From an uncultured delta proteobacterium (lineage in GTDB: Bacteria > Myxococcota > UBA727 > VGSZ01), in contig CAVZJB010000014.1 of NCBI GenBank assembly GCA_963775425.1, positions 1 through 64,000 of the forward strand: a stretch of DNA of 64,000 bases, in the 5' to 3' direction. The translations under genes and the position numbers were made by a program. The notes beneath the pieces are model-generated. The model was not told the origin of the DNA. It saw only the letters and a program-made list of their open reading frames with translations, and searched no databases. Below are positions 29,516 to 39,666 of this stretch, one piece after another; the stretch's first letter is position 1, and every line of letters starts with the position of its first letter.

Positions 29516-31438
29516 TCAACGGTCCATCGGGCCAGCCCTCGTCGCCACTCGCGGCGCTCTCGACGTGACGCGACAGCCTCTGAGGGCCGCGGTCGTTATC
29601 GGCGCGGCGGGCGGGCCCTCGCTCGCCTCGGCGCGTCGACGGGCGTCGGGCGCTGCACGGCCCGGCGCCGCGGCGTCCGCCGCACGCACGTCATCGTCCT
29701 GCGTGTACAAGATGAGCACCGCGGTGCTCCCCCACGCGCTGCCCTTGCGGCGGTGCGTGGCGACCGCGATGGCGGCATAGGTGGGCTTCGTCGAGAACAG
29801 CCTCTCGGGGAAAGTGAAGTGTTCGGCGTCGTAGACGTCGAGCTCCCACGCGCCCATCTCGCGCTTCATCTTGTTCACCGACGCGGAGAGGGCGTCCTTG
29901 CCCACGGCGGCGATGTCCTCGCCCTTCAGCAGGCGCGCTTGCGCGTCGGCGACGACGTCGTCGATGGGGATGACGCCGAGGGGCCCGAGGCCCCGCTCCG
30001 CGCGCTCGCGGGACAGGCGCTCCCACACCTTCACCGCCTCCGCCTTGGGATCCGCGGGCACCACGAGCGGCTCGTAGTCGACGACGAGCAAGCCGGTGAC
30101 GCCGTCGGCGACGCGATCGGCGCCCACGGCGGCGCGCGTGGCGTCCTTGGCGAGCAGCGCGCGCCGCATGCCCGGATGATCGAGCGCCTCCGCGAGCGCC
30201 TGGTCGAGCCGCCCGCTGTTGTCGACGAGCGACGCGAACGACGCGTCGTGGATGAGCATGTCGCGCACGTCCCAGCCGGCCATGAGGCCGAGCGCGATGG
30301 TGTCGAGCGTCTCGTCGTCGCGATCCGCACCGAGCGCGCGCGCGAAGTAGTGCGGCACGAGCTTGCGCGCGAACGCGCTCTCCTCCGTCGCCGGCTGCAG
30401 CGCGCCGGCGCCGGTCTGCGCGCGCAGCTGGTTCAACAGGGCGAGGACGGCGCCCTCCATCTGCGCGGGCGCGGGCATGGGCGTCTCCGGCACGTACGCG
30501 AGCCGCGTCCACGTGGCGGCCGCGTCGCGGTCTTGCACGGCGAGGATGCCGCCGACGACGTTCGACAGCAGACGCCCCTTGTCGCGCACCTGCACCTCGA
30601 CCAGGGCGGTGGCGTCGTCCGCCGCCACCGGACAGCGGAAGCGGAACGCCGGCAGCGCCACCGACGTGTCGCGGGTGCAGTCGGCGGCGCCGAGCGCGCC
30701 CTGCGTGACGTACGCGAAGACGGCGTCGATCTCCTGCTTCTTCGCGAGCGCGCCGTCGACGACGAGGGCGCCGTCCTTGGGGAGCTGCGACGCCGGCCGC
30801 AGCGCCAGACGCGGCCGCGCTTCCACGAAGTACGCCGTGGCCGTCTTCTTGTCCGTGTCGATGAGCAACGCGGCGCCCACGGACGAGCCGTCGTCGGCGA
30901 TCTCCTTCACCGCCGCCGCCAGCTTGTCTTTCGCGCTGTCGACGAGCGCCGCGGGCGTGGTGCCGGGCGCCACGTCGGTCCAGCGAAACGAACGATACCC
31001 CACGCTCTCTACGGAGCTGCCGCAGCGCGTGAGCATGTAACGCTCGAGGCGCGGCTCGGGGCGTGCGTCGCCGCTCGCCTCGAGGAATCGACCGAGCTCG
31101 CGCGCGCCGCACGCCAGCGCGGCGCGCGTCCTGTCGATGGGGACGGCGCCGAGCACGACGTCGGCGAGCGGCTCCCCTCCGGTCATGGTCGCCTCGCCCA
31201 CGGTGTCGGAGAACGGCCCCGCGAGGGTCCAGGAGGCGACCACGAACGGCGCCGCCGTCGCCGGCGCGGGCGGCGGCGCCTTGTGCGCAAGGGCGACGAC
31301 GGCCTCCCGCGTCGGGAAGTCAGGGACCCCCGCGCCGCCGCCGCCGCCGGACGCGGTGGCGCAAGCGACGGAGCCGAAGGCGGCGAGGGCGGCGACGAAG
31401 ACGGAGGCAAAGGCGGTGGGGATACGGGGGAATGTCAT
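29516..31438 (-). CDS. Hypothetical lipoprotein, possible CAP-like domains
   Basis: SVAC lipobox; LLNQLRA..GAGAL and L.RERAERGL segments. GC3-rich codon use. Confidence 0.6.
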   Translation of the reverse strand: MTFPRIPTAFASVFVAALAAFGSVACATASGGGGGAGVPDFPTREAVVALAHKAPPPAPATAAPFVVASWTLAGPFSDTVGEATMTGGEPLADVVLGAVPIDRTRAALACGARELGRFLEASGDARPEPRLERYMLTRCGSSVESVGYRSFRWTDVAPGTTPAALVDSAKDKLAAAVKEIADDGSSVGAALLIDTDKKTATAYFVEARPRLALRPASQLPKDGALVVDGALAKKQEIDAVFAYVTQGALGAADCTRDTSVALPAFRFRCPVAADDATALVEVQVRDKGRLLSNVVGGILAVQDRDAAATWTRLAYVPETPMPAPAQMEGAVLALLNQLRAQTGAGALQPATEESAFARKLVPHYFARALGADRDDETLDTIALGLMAGWDVRDMLIHDASFASLVDNSGRLDQALAEALDHPGMRRALLAKDATRAAVGADRVADGVTGLLVVDYEPLVVPADPKAEAVKVWERLSRERAERGLGPLGVIPIDDVVADAQARLLKGEDIAAVGKDALSASVNKMKREMGAWELDVYDAEHFTFPERLFSTKPTYAAIAVATHRRKGSAWGSTAVLILYTQDDDVRAADAAAPGRAAPDARRRAEASEGPPAAPITTAALRGCRVTSRAPRVATRAGPMDR

Positions 31439-31639
31439 CACGCGGCAAATCGTAGATCGAATTCCGCTCAATGGATCCGAGCGAAATGAATGCGTGATTC
31501 CGGCGGGCTCGCCGGTGTCTCGCGGACCTGACAGCGTCGCGTCGTCGCCAGCGTGCTCGGGGGCGCGACTCGCGGCGGCGGCCGGCGGATCGCACGCCCG
31601 CGCTGTTGTCGTGGACCTCGAGTGCGCCATGCTGATGGG

Positions 31640-32086
31640 ATGCGGCGCATCCCGCTCGTCCTCGCGGCGGCAGCCCTGGTGGCGTTTGCGTGGCTCGCGT
31701 CGTCGCCGCCGCCACCGCCGCCGCCGGTGCGACACGAGGTCGCCTTCGCGGTCCGCGGCTTTTGTGCGCGCGACGGCGGCGTGCACCCGGCGCCGTGCGA
31801 GCGAGGGGAGGAGCACCGGCTCGCCTACACCGCCGACGTGCCCGGCGTCGTCATCGTCGTCACCCGCGACGGCGACAGGCGCGTGCTCGTGGACAGCGCT
31901 TCACGCCTGCGGGCGCTGCCCCGCGCGGTGGATGCACCGAGAGCGGCGGTGCGCTTCGTCGCGGACCCGTCGATGAACGTCGACGCGCCGCCGGTCGACG
32001 TCGTGCTCTCGTGGGTGAGCGAGGACCAAGCGCGGACGGCGCGCGGGCCGGGCGCGCGGGGCGGGATCGATCGCGTTCCCCCGTGA
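31640..32086 (+). CDS. Hypothetical secreted/membrane protein
   Basis: Hydrophobic N-terminus followed by a Pro stretch. Confidence 0.45.
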   Translation: MRRIPLVLAAAALVAFAWLASSPPPPPPPVRHEVAFAVRGFCARDGGVHPAPCERGEEHRLAYTADVPGVVIVVTRDGDRRVLVDSASRLRALPRAVDAPRAAVRFVADPSMNVDAPPVDVVLSWVSEDQARTARGPGARGGIDRVPP

Positions 32087-32183
32087 GCGGTGCGAAGGCG
32101 CGGCGACAAAAGAATACGCGGTGGGCGCGACGTTGCCTCGACGACAACGTCGCTCCACCGCTCAAACCGTCACGCCGTGACGA

Positions 32184-32573
32184 TCAACGCTTGCTGAACT
32201 GGAAGCGCTTGCGGGCGCCGGGGCGACCGTACTTCTTGCGCTCCACGCGACGGGCGTCGCGGGTCAGCAGGCCGGCCTTCTTCAGCGGCCCACGGAGCTT
32301 CTCGTCGGCGTTGCAGAGGGCGCGGGCGAGGCCGTGGCGGATGGCGCCGGCCTGGCCGGAGAGGCCGCCGCCGCGCACGGTGGCGACGAGGTCGTACTGG
32401 TCCTTGGCCTCGGCGGCCTCGTAGGGCTGCGCGAGGATCATGCGGAGCACTTCGCGCTTGAAGTACACCTCGATGCCCTTGCCGTTGATGGTGATGGCGC
32501 CGTTGCCGGGGCGGATCCACACGCGCGCGCTCGCTTCCTTGCGGCGGCCGGTGGCGTAGAAACGGGTGGTCAT
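32184..32573 (-). CDS. rpsI: 30S ribosomal protein S9
   Basis: [19 protein letters not shown] and RKKYG...QFSKR motifs. Confidence 0.98.
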   Translation of the reverse strand: MTTRFYATGRRKEASARVWIRPGNGAITINGKGIEVYFKREVLRMILAQPYEAAEAKDQYDLVATVRGGGLSGQAGAIRHGLARALCNADEKLRGPLKKAGLLTRDARRVERKKYGRPGARKRFQFSKR

Positions 32574-32590
32574 ACTGGGAGTCCTTGCTT

Positions 32591-33037
32591 TCAGGCGCGG
32601 CGCGCGGCGTCGAGCGTGAGCGGTTGGGGTTTCTGGGCGGCGTGCGGGTGCTTGTCACCGCCGTACACCTTGAGCTTCTTGAGCATCTTCTTGCCGAGCG
32701 GCCCCTTGGGGAGCATGCCCTGCACGGCGAAGCTGATCATCCGCTCGGGATGCGTGGCCCGCATGTTCTTGGCGGGCGTGGCCTTCTCACCGCCGTAGTA
32801 GCCGGTGTAGCGCCAGTAGATCTTCGCGTCTTCCTTCTTGCCCGTGAGCACGATCTTGTCGGCGTTGATGACGACGACGAAGTCGCCCGTGTCTGCGTTG
32901 GGCGTGAAGGTGGGCTTGGTCTTGCCGCGCAGGACGCTCGCGATCTGCGAGCACAGGCGGCCGAGCACCTGCCCGTCGGCGTCGACGACGTACCAGGCAC
33001 GCTGGGCGTCGTTCATGGAAATGGATGGAGTGTGCAT
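32591..33037 (-). CDS. rplM: 50S ribosomal protein L13
   Basis: WYVVDA.G.VLGRL, LRGK.KP.FTP..D.GD and GMLPKG motifs. Confidence 0.97.
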   Translation of the reverse strand: MHTPSISMNDAQRAWYVVDADGQVLGRLCSQIASVLRGKTKPTFTPNADTGDFVVVINADKIVLTGKKEDAKIYWRYTGYYGGEKATPAKNMRATHPERMISFAVQGMLPKGPLGKKMLKKLKVYGGDKHPHAAQKPQPLTLDAARRA

Positions 33038-33251
33038 CGGGCTCGGGACCTCGCGGCATCGCGCCGCACTTGCGGAGGCCGGGTTCGGCGCCTTGCGGCG
33101 GGGGGAACACAGCCCTCGGAGTTGTGCCCCGCTGTTGGCCGGTCGGCCCCGACCTGTCAACACGGCCCCCGTGGACGTCGTCGCCTCCCCGCGCCTCACA
33201 CATGGCCCCGCCCGGCGGATCGGACGCGGGGGACACGCCCGCGCCGCAGCC

Positions 33252-34778
33252 GTGATCGTCGCGGCCGTCGTCGCCGTCGCCGCCGCCGGGTGCCACAAGC
33301 ATGAGGCGGCGCCCAGGAAGCGCCTCGTCATCGCGACCACCGCGGAGCCCGACACGCTGTGCGCCCTCGCGAGCAACAGCGGCGCGGCCCAGGAGGTGAT
33401 CGCGCTCCTGTCGCGGGAGCTCGTCGTCGAGGACCCCTCGTGGCGCACGATCCCAGACCTCGCCACCGAGGTCCCCAAGGCGCGCGTCGTCGACGGAAAG
33501 CTCGTCGTCACCTGGCACATCAAGAAGGACGCGGCCTGGGAGGACGGCGCCCCCGTCACCGCCGCCGACTTCGTCCTCGGCCTCGCCCATGACGAGCGCT
33601 CCGACGCCAAGCGCATCGAGTCCCTGGTCCCGTCGGCGGACGGCCGCTCCTTCACGGTCACCTGGCGCGACGAAAACCCGTTTTACGCCGCCACCCGCGT
33701 GCACCGGCCGCTGCCGTCCCACGTCGCCGCCGTCGCCGCGCTCGCCAAGGGCGCGCTGCGCGACTCGGCGTACTGCCGAAAGCCGCTGTCGAACGGGCCG
33801 TTCCGCTTGGTGGAGTGGGTCCCCGGGGAGCACCTGTTGTTCGCGCGCAACGAGCGCTTCCGCCCGCGTCCCGCGCTCGACGAGGTGCTCGTGCAGATCG
33901 TGCCGTCGACCACGGGCATCCTCACGCGGCTCGCCGCCGGCGACGTCGACGCCGCGTTCCCCTCGGGAGGTCCCTCGCCGGTCGAGGCCAAGCGGTTCGC
34001 CGGCGGCCACCCGGGCTTCGCCGTCGACAAGGCCCCGGGGCAGGTGTGGGCGCACATCGATCTGAACGTCGACGATCCCGCCCTCGCCGACGCCGCCGTC
34101 CGCCGCGCCCTCGCCGCCGCCCTGCCGCGCGCGCAGATGGTCGGCGCCGTCTACGACGGCATGTACGACGTCGCCGAGACCTACATCCCGCCGCGCCACT
34201 GGGCCCACGCCGAGCTGCCGCCCATCGCCTACGACCCCGCCGGCGCCAAGGAGGTGCTCGCGCCGAAGAAGCTGCACCTGACGCTGTCGTCGGCGTCGGG
34301 GCAGCCGCAGAGCGAGTCGCTGCTGCTGTTGGCCAAGGACGCCTGGAAGAAGGCCGGCGTCGACGTCGATCTCGACCTGCGCCCCTTCAAGGTCTTCTTC
34401 GGCGACACCGCGCGCAAGCGAAAGACGCAGATGGCGTTTTACGCCTGGACCATCGACAGCACGTCGTTCGGCGGCGGCCTGTGGCGCAAGGACCGCATCC
34501 CCTCGGAGGAAAACGGCTTCACCGGGCAGAACTTCCCGGGCTTTCACAGCGACGAGGCCACGACGCTCCTCGACAAGGCCGACGTCACCCTCGACCAGGA
34601 CCAGCGCGTGGCCCTCATCGCGCGCGTGCAGAAGATCGTGCGCGACGAGATGCCGGCCATCCCCATCTACTTTCGCCCCGTGGTGGCCCTGCACAGGGCC
34701 GGCGTCACCGGCCTCGCGCCGACCGGGACGCTGACGCCGCTCGCCTGGAACGCCGCCGCGTGGGACGTCTCGCCCTGA
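33252..34778 (+). CDS. Peptide ABC transporter substrate-binding lipoprotein (family 5)
   Basis: AAGC lipobox, EPDTL, W.DG.PVTAADF, GPF.L.EW.PG and VRRAL motifs. Start approximate. Confidence 0.88.
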   Translation: MIVAAVVAVAAAGCHKHEAAPRKRLVIATTAEPDTLCALASNSGAAQEVIALLSRELVVEDPSWRTIPDLATEVPKARVVDGKLVVTWHIKKDAAWEDGAPVTAADFVLGLAHDERSDAKRIESLVPSADGRSFTVTWRDENPFYAATRVHRPLPSHVAAVAALAKGALRDSAYCRKPLSNGPFRLVEWVPGEHLLFARNERFRPRPALDEVLVQIVPSTTGILTRLAAGDVDAAFPSGGPSPVEAKRFAGGHPGFAVDKAPGQVWAHIDLNVDDPALADAAVRRALAAALPRAQMVGAVYDGMYDVAETYIPPRHWAHAELPPIAYDPAGAKEVLAPKKLHLTLSSASGQPQSESLLLLAKDAWKKAGVDVDLDLRPFKVFFGDTARKRKTQMAFYAWTIDSTSFGGGLWRKDRIPSEENGFTGQNFPGFHSDEATTLLDKADVTLDQDQRVALIARVQKIVRDEMPAIPIYFRPVVALHRAGVTGLAPTGTLTPLAWNAAAWDVSP

Positions 34779-34840
34779 TCGTCAGGCGGGAGGCGCGGAT
34801 GCAATCGATTCGCGGCGATCATTCGGGCTCGCCGTCCCGC

Positions 34841-34930
34841 AAAAAGAAAGCGGCGCCTCACGACGCCGCTTCCCACACACACACACCTGGCTGACCGGAC
34901 ACCTTGAGTCTCGGCGATCCCGAGATGGAG
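34841..34930 (-). ncRNA. Candidate small RNA with a (GU)n tract and intrinsic terminator
   Basis: Minus strand has a 5' hairpin TCTCGG-GATCG-CCGAGA, then GTGTGTGTGTGTG, then terminator AAGCGGCG..CGCCGCTT-TCTTTTT. No plausible CDS feeds this terminator. Confidence 0.5.
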
Positions 34931-34951
34931 TTGCTTTGACTACATCCCCGG

Positions 34952-34967
34952 TGTGATCGAAGTCACA
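34952..34967. promoter_or_regulatory. CRP/FNR-family-like box
   Basis: TGTGA-TCGAAG-TCACA, an exact TGTGA-N6-TCACA. Confidence 0.6.
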
Positions 34968-35011
34968 GGTTGAGGCGCAGGCCGCGGCGGGATGCGACAG
35001 CCTCGCCGCGC

Positions 35012-35938
35012 ATGAAGCTCTGCGTCTTCGGCCGCGACACCGACCCCGTCTCCGCGCACGTCGCGGTCGCCGCCCGCGCCCGCGGCCACGCCGTCGTCGA
35101 GGTGTCGCTCCACGACGCGCGCGTGTCCTTCGACGGCGCCGTGTGGCGCGCCGGCGGCCACGTCCTCGACGAGCAGGACGCCTTCGTGCTCCGCCGCTAT
35201 CCGTCCCCGACGGCGCAGCTCGCCCCCGCCGGCGAGACCCTCGACGGGGCCGCCTGGTGGGTCCGCGCCAAGAAGCAGGCCGAGCGCTCGAGCTTCGCCT
35301 GGTCCGCCCTCGTCGCCATGGAGCGCAGCGGAAAGGCCGTGGTGAACCCGCTCCTGGCGTCGGGTCCCTGCGAGCACAAGCCGTTTCAGCTCGCGGCCTT
35401 CATCGACGCCGGGCTCCCGGTGCCGAAGACCCTCGTCACCAACGACGCCGCGCTCGCCCGCGCCTTCGTCGCGAGCGTCGGCGAGGCGATCGCCAAGCCC
35501 GCCGCGGGCGGCGCCGCCGCCGTCGCCGTCGACGCGGGCAGCGACCTCGAGCCCGCGCGCGCGGCGCCCGTGATCTTCCAGGAGCGCGTGCGCGGCAGAG
35601 ACGTGCGCGTCACCGTCGTCGCCGGGCGCGTGGTCTCCACCGTGGCCGTGCGCGCCGCGGGCGACGACGTCGTCGACTACCGCGCCGGCGCCGCCTGGGA
35701 GCGCGGCGACGTCGTCTACGAAGACCACCCGCTGCCCGCCGCCGCCGCCGCGATGTGCGTCGACGCCGCGCGCGTGTGCGGCCACGTGCTGTCGGGCATC
35801 GATCTCAAGCGCGCCGCCGACGGCAGCTACGTCCTCCTCGAGGCCAACGCCGCCCCCGTCTACCTCGACATCGAAGCGCAGACCGGCGCCCCCATCACGG
35901 CCACGCTCCTCGATCACCTCGAGGCGCGCGTGCGGTGA
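35012..35938 (+). CDS. RimK/LysX-like ATP-grasp ligase
   Basis: VVNP, K..Q, GLPVPKTLVTND, KP..GG, FQE.V.G.DVRV, GIDL and LEANAAP motifs. Confidence 0.88.
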   Translation: MKLCVFGRDTDPVSAHVAVAARARGHAVVEVSLHDARVSFDGAVWRAGGHVLDEQDAFVLRRYPSPTAQLAPAGETLDGAAWWVRAKKQAERSSFAWSALVAMERSGKAVVNPLLASGPCEHKPFQLAAFIDAGLPVPKTLVTNDAALARAFVASVGEAIAKPAAGGAAAVAVDAGSDLEPARAAPVIFQERVRGRDVRVTVVAGRVVSTVAVRAAGDDVVDYRAGAAWERGDVVYEDHPLPAAAAAMCVDAARVCGHVLSGIDLKRAADGSYVLLEANAAPVYLDIEAQTGAPITATLLDHLEARVR

Positions 35939-35965
35939 GCTGCGCCCGCTGCCCGGCGCTCCGGG

Positions 35966-37255
35966 TCACTCCGCCGGACGCAGCAGGAGGGGGCGGTCGT
36001 CGACGCTGACGCCGAGCGCGATCGAGCGCCCGTCCGGCGTCCGCGCGGCTTCGTAGGCGGTCCGGACACCGCCGATGACGTCGGGGCCGGTGGCGTGCGC
36101 GACGCCGGGGGCCACGAAGTAGCGCACCGCCCGGCCGTCGTCGGTCTCGCCCCACGCGTCCACGCCGCCGTCGACGACGACGGGCGCGAGCACGGCGATG
36201 TCCTGGTCGAACGACACCCAGGTGCCGCTCGGGAACGTGGCGCGGCTCGAGACGAACAGGGCGCCGCCGCAGGACACGGCGAAGCGGCCGTCGGGGTGGG
36301 CGTCGGCGTCGAGGCTGCGCACGAGGCCCGGGAACGTGTGCGACGCGACGGGCCAGGCGCCGCCGTCTTCGAGGGCGGCGGTGCAGGTGTCGCCGACCAT
36401 GAACACGAGCACGCGCTCGCCCGACGGAAAGGCGTCCGCGAACGCGTACTCGGCGCCGGTGGTGCCGGGCACGGGATCGCTGACGCCGCTCGCGTCGGCG
36501 AACGCGACGCCCGCGCCGGTGAAGCCGACGCTCGGGCCCGACGGCCCCCGAAAGAAGAAGACCTCCGAGGACGAGTCCAGGCCCGTGAGGGGGATGCTGT
36601 CGTCGGCGATGAAGCCGCCGGCGCCGCGGTGGGCGACGAAGGCCATGGAGGCGTTTTCGAGGATGTCGCCGACCCACTCGACGCCGGCGCCGTCGAGGTA
36701 GGTGTGGGGCAGGGTCTCCGCGAGCGGGAACGGCAGCAGCCGGGTCTGCATCGCGGTGGCGGTGACGGTGATGCTCTCGGCGGCGAGGCCATCGTTGCGC
36801 GTGGCGAAGCGCGCGGCGCCCGCGGCGTCGACGACGAGGCCGCCGTCGAAGCCGGGCACCTCGACGGCCTCGAGGCCGCAGCACAGGGGCGTGACGGCGA
36901 GGGACGCGGTCTCGACGTTGTCGGCGGGGCCGCCCTCGCCCTCGCCCTCTCCCTCGCCTTCGCCCTCGCCTTCGCCTTCGCCCTCGCCTTCGCCTTCACC
37001 CTCGCCTTCGCCTTCACCCTCGCCTTCACCCTCGCCTTCACCCTCGCCGCCGGGGCCGTCTCCGGCGCCGTCCGGGCGCGTCGCGTCCGACGGGCGTTCG
37101 CAGATGCCTGCGCGGCTGCACGACAGGGGGGCGGGGCAGCGGTTGTCGTTGCCGGGGATGCAGCGCACGGCCGGGAGGCACGCGCTCGCGCCCGCGGCGA
37201 GGATGACGAGCAGCGCTCCGGCCCAGGCGCTTCGCGCCGTGCTCGCGGTGCTCAT
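35966..37255 (-). CDS. (GE)n lipoprotein
   Basis: ASAC lipobox, small Cys knot, GE tract, beta-rich C-terminus; start overlaps the upstream stop. Confidence 0.7.
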   Translation of the reverse strand: MSTASTARSAWAGALLVILAAGASACLPAVRCIPGNDNRCPAPLSCSRAGICERPSDATRPDGAGDGPGGEGEGEGEGEGEGEGEGEGEGEGEGEGEGEGEGEGEGEGGPADNVETASLAVTPLCCGLEAVEVPGFDGGLVVDAAGAARFATRNDGLAAESITVTATAMQTRLLPFPLAETLPHTYLDGAGVEWVGDILENASMAFVAHRGAGGFIADDSIPLTGLDSSSEVFFFRGPSGPSVGFTGAGVAFADASGVSDPVPGTTGAEYAFADAFPSGERVLVFMVGDTCTAALEDGGAWPVASHTFPGLVRSLDADAHPDGRFAVSCGGALFVSSRATFPSGTWVSFDQDIAVLAPVVVDGGVDAWGETDDGRAVRYFVAPGVAHATGPDVIGGVRTAYEAARTPDGRSIALGVSVDDRPLLLRPAE

Positions 37256-37932
37256 CGGTCGTCCTCCTCGGTGAGCGTGGCGACGAGCATCAGCCCGCCG
37301 CCCGCGGCGACGGCGGCGCCGGCGACCGCGGCGGCCAGCGGGAGGGTGCCGGCGAGCGAGATGGCGCGCGCCTTGTCGGCGCCGGGGACCTCGGCGCGTG
37401 AGACGGTGTCTGCCGCGTAGCCCCACAGGCCCGCGGTGCCTGCGAGGGCGGCGGCGCCTGCGGCGGCGAGGCCGCCGCCGGACCACAACAGCACGGCGGG
37501 CAGCGGCGACGGCGCCACCGCCGCGGCGCCCGCGCCGCGGGAAGCCTCGCGCAACGACGCGCCGTCGGGTGTGGCCTCGCGCTCGGCGCGCCCGAGCACG
37601 GCGCCCGTGTTGAGGTCGAGCTCGCGCGCTTCGACGACCCAGCGATCGGGCCAGCGGCGCGCGGCGACGCTCAAGAGCCGGTTCGCGCCCAACGCGTTGC
37701 CGACTTCGGCGAGGCAGCTCTCGTCGGCGCCGCAGGACTGCCACTGCGCCTCGACGCGCAACAGGGCGCGGATGTCGTCGGGGGCGACCACCTCGCAGCG
37801 CGTGGCGCCCGCCGCCCCGGCGGCCGCGGCCGCAGTGACGAGCTCCCGCCTCGAGGCGCTGTCGCTGCTCGTCAACTGCGCGGGCATGACGACGATGGAG
37901 CAGCCCGCCACGAGGGACGCGAGGATCAGCAT
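37252..37932 (-). CDS. Hypothetical secreted protein with C-terminal hydrophobic helices
   Basis: CGADESCLAEVGNALGA motif; two Gly/Ala-rich TM segments. Confidence 0.65.
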   Translation of the reverse strand: MLILASLVAGCSIVVMPAQLTSSDSASRRELVTAAAAAGAAGATRCEVVAPDDIRALLRVEAQWQSCGADESCLAEVGNALGANRLLSVAARRWPDRWVVEARELDLNTGAVLGRAEREATPDGASLREASRGAGAAAVAPSPLPAVLLWSGGGLAAAGAAALAGTAGLWGYAADTVSRAEVPGADKARAISLAGTLPLAAAVAGAAVAAGGGLMLVATLTEEDDR

Positions 37933-37940
37933 GCGGGCTG

Positions 37941-37960
37941 AATGTAACGATCGTTACATT
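37941..37960. promoter_or_regulatory. Perfect 20-bp palindromic operator overlapping a promoter
   Basis: AATGTAACGA-TCGTTACATT, next to a minus-strand TTGACA (37963-37968). Confidence 0.7.
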
Positions 37961-38007
37961 TTGTCAAACCCAACCCTGTCGATCCGCGCCCGCGGCCTGT
38001 GCAGCGC

Positions 38008-38325
38008 TCACGCGTCGGAGGAGGCGAGCGCGGCCCACAGGCCCAGGCCGATGACGGCGGCCACCGCGATGAGCTGCGCCGGCGTGTCGAGCGCCAGCGT
38101 CCCGCGGGCGAAGCCGAAGGCGCCGACGGCCCCGGCGACCGCGCCGAAGCCGACGAGCGCGACGTCGCGCCGCGAAAACGGCAGCTTCCGCCGCGCCGGG
38201 GTCTTGTTCGGGAGGCGCGCGAGCACGGCGTCGGTGAAGCGGTCGTCCGCCGCGACCCGTTGGGCGTCGCCCTCGAGCAGCGCGGCCAGCCAGCGGTCGT
38301 CGTCGGTGGGCGGGAGAGAGCTCAT
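38008..38325 (-). CDS. Probable membrane anti-sigma factor
   Basis: DD.FTDAVLARLP plus two TM helices; coupled to the ECF sigma gene. Confidence 0.65.
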   Translation of the reverse strand: MSSLPPTDDDRWLAALLEGDAQRVAADDRFTDAVLARLPNKTPARRKLPFSRRDVALVGFGAVAGAVGAFGFARGTLALDTPAQLIAVAAVIGLGLWAALASSDA

Positions 38326-38918
38326 GCGGCCTCCGGGCGGTACGCGGCGAGGAGCACCTTGAGCTTCTCCTTGCCGCGGGCGACGTGCGACTTGAGGGTG
38401 CCGACGGGCATCTCGAGGACGGCGGCGGCCTCCTCGTGGGTGAGCCCGTCCTCGAAACAGAGCGCGAGCGCGGCGCGCTCCTCCGCTTTGAGGGTGGCGA
38501 GCGCGCGCGCGACGTCGCGGCGGGCGGCGGCGTCGGGGGCCGCGGGGGACGCGACGGTCGCGCCCGCGTCGTCGTCGACGGTCTCCCTGCGCCGGTGCGC
38601 GCGGCGGGCGTCGGTGAGGAACGCGCGGTAGCAGAGCTTGAACAACCACGAGCGCAGCGCGCCGTCGCCGCGGAAGCCGCCGAGGTTCTTCCAGGCGAGG
38701 ACGAAGGCGTTTTGGGCGACGTCGTCGGCGCGGCCGCGGTCGCCGCAGCACAGCCGGAGCGCGAAGGCGCGCACCGGCGGCTGGTGGCGGCGCACGAGCG
38801 TGGCGAAGGCGTGGCGGTCGTCGTCGACGACCACCCGCGCCACCAGCTCGCGGTCGGACGGGCCCATCACCACGCGCATCGTAGGTGGCTCCACCCCGGA
38901 AGCGAACCCTCCGTCCAC
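38322..38918 (-). CDS. ECF RNA polymerase sigma factor
   Basis: AF..LVRRH, ADDVAQ.AF, SWL and E.A..L.MPVGTLKSH..RG motifs. True start may be 38879. Confidence 0.92.
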   Translation of the reverse strand: MDGGFASGVEPPTMRVVMGPSDRELVARVVVDDDRHAFATLVRRHQPPVRAFALRLCCGDRGRADDVAQNAFVLAWKNLGGFRGDGALRSWLFKLCYRAFLTDARRAHRRRETVDDDAGATVASPAAPDAAARRDVARALATLKAEERAALALCFEDGLTHEEAAAVLEMPVGTLKSHVARGKEKLKVLLAAYRPEAA

Positions 38919-38919
38919 G

Positions 38920-39591
38920 TCACTTCTCGCGGTGCTCGACGTACCAGGCCGCGAGGTAACCGATGCCGAGCAGCAGCGGCACGAGGCCGACGGCCCACGC
39001 GCCGTCGCCGTCGCTGTCGACCATGAAGAGGAAGGCCGTGAGGCCGAGCCCGAGCCCGACGAAGACGATGCCGCGCCGGCGATCGTTGGGCTTCTTCTTG
39101 TCGAAGGTGAGGAGCGCCTCGGGGATCTCGGTGCCGCGCTCGATCATCGCGTGCAGCGTGTCGTGCAGCATCGCCTCGCGGCGGTGGCGGGCGACGGCGA
39201 GCGCGACGACGATGCCGAGGATGGTGAGGAAGAAGCCGAGCGGCACCAGGATGGCGACGGCGCTCTTGTCGCTGTCATGGGAGTTGCGGAGGATGCTCTC
39301 GATCTGCTGGCCCGTGAGGCGGCTGCGCACGTCGGGCGGCAGGCGGGCGATGGTGGCCTCGGCGCTCTCGTCGTCGCTGTCGCTGCCGCCGCTCGAGAGC
39401 TGGATGTGCAACCCGCCGTGCTCCTTCGCTCCGTCGGCGTCGGCGGCGCCGTCGCCCGCCGCCGCGGCCCCCGCCTGCGCCGCCGCGGCCCCCGCCTGCG
39501 CCGGCGTGCCCGCCGGGGGCGCCGGCGCGTCGTCGGCATGGGCCAGGGGCGCGAAAACAAACAGGAATGCAAAGGCGACGGCGGCTCTCAT
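38920..39591 (-). CDS. DUF6249-like membrane protein
   Basis: H.T...MIERG.EIP..L..DRRRGIV.VGLGLGL..GLVPLLLGIGYL. Confidence 0.7.
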   Translation of the reverse strand: MRAAVAFAFLFVFAPLAHADDAPAPPAGTPAQAGAAAAQAGAAAAGDGAADADGAKEHGGLHIQLSSGGSDSDDESAEATIARLPPDVRSRLTGQQIESILRNSHDSDKSAVAILVPLGFFLTILGIVVALAVARHRREAMLHDTLHAMIERGTEIPEALLTFDKKKPNDRRRGIVFVGLGLGLTAFLFMVDSDGDGAWAVGLVPLLLGIGYLAAWYVEHREK

Positions 39592-39666
39592 ACCCACCCG
39601 ACGCGCGCGGGCGCCGATCCGGATGCAGATCTGCTCCTGCGCCCTCCGCGACGGCAGCGGGACCCG

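Noticed and set aside
35012-35938. RiPP (graspetide) cluster around the ATP-grasp gene
   Set aside because: No precursor peptide ORF or processing transporter was seen nearby.
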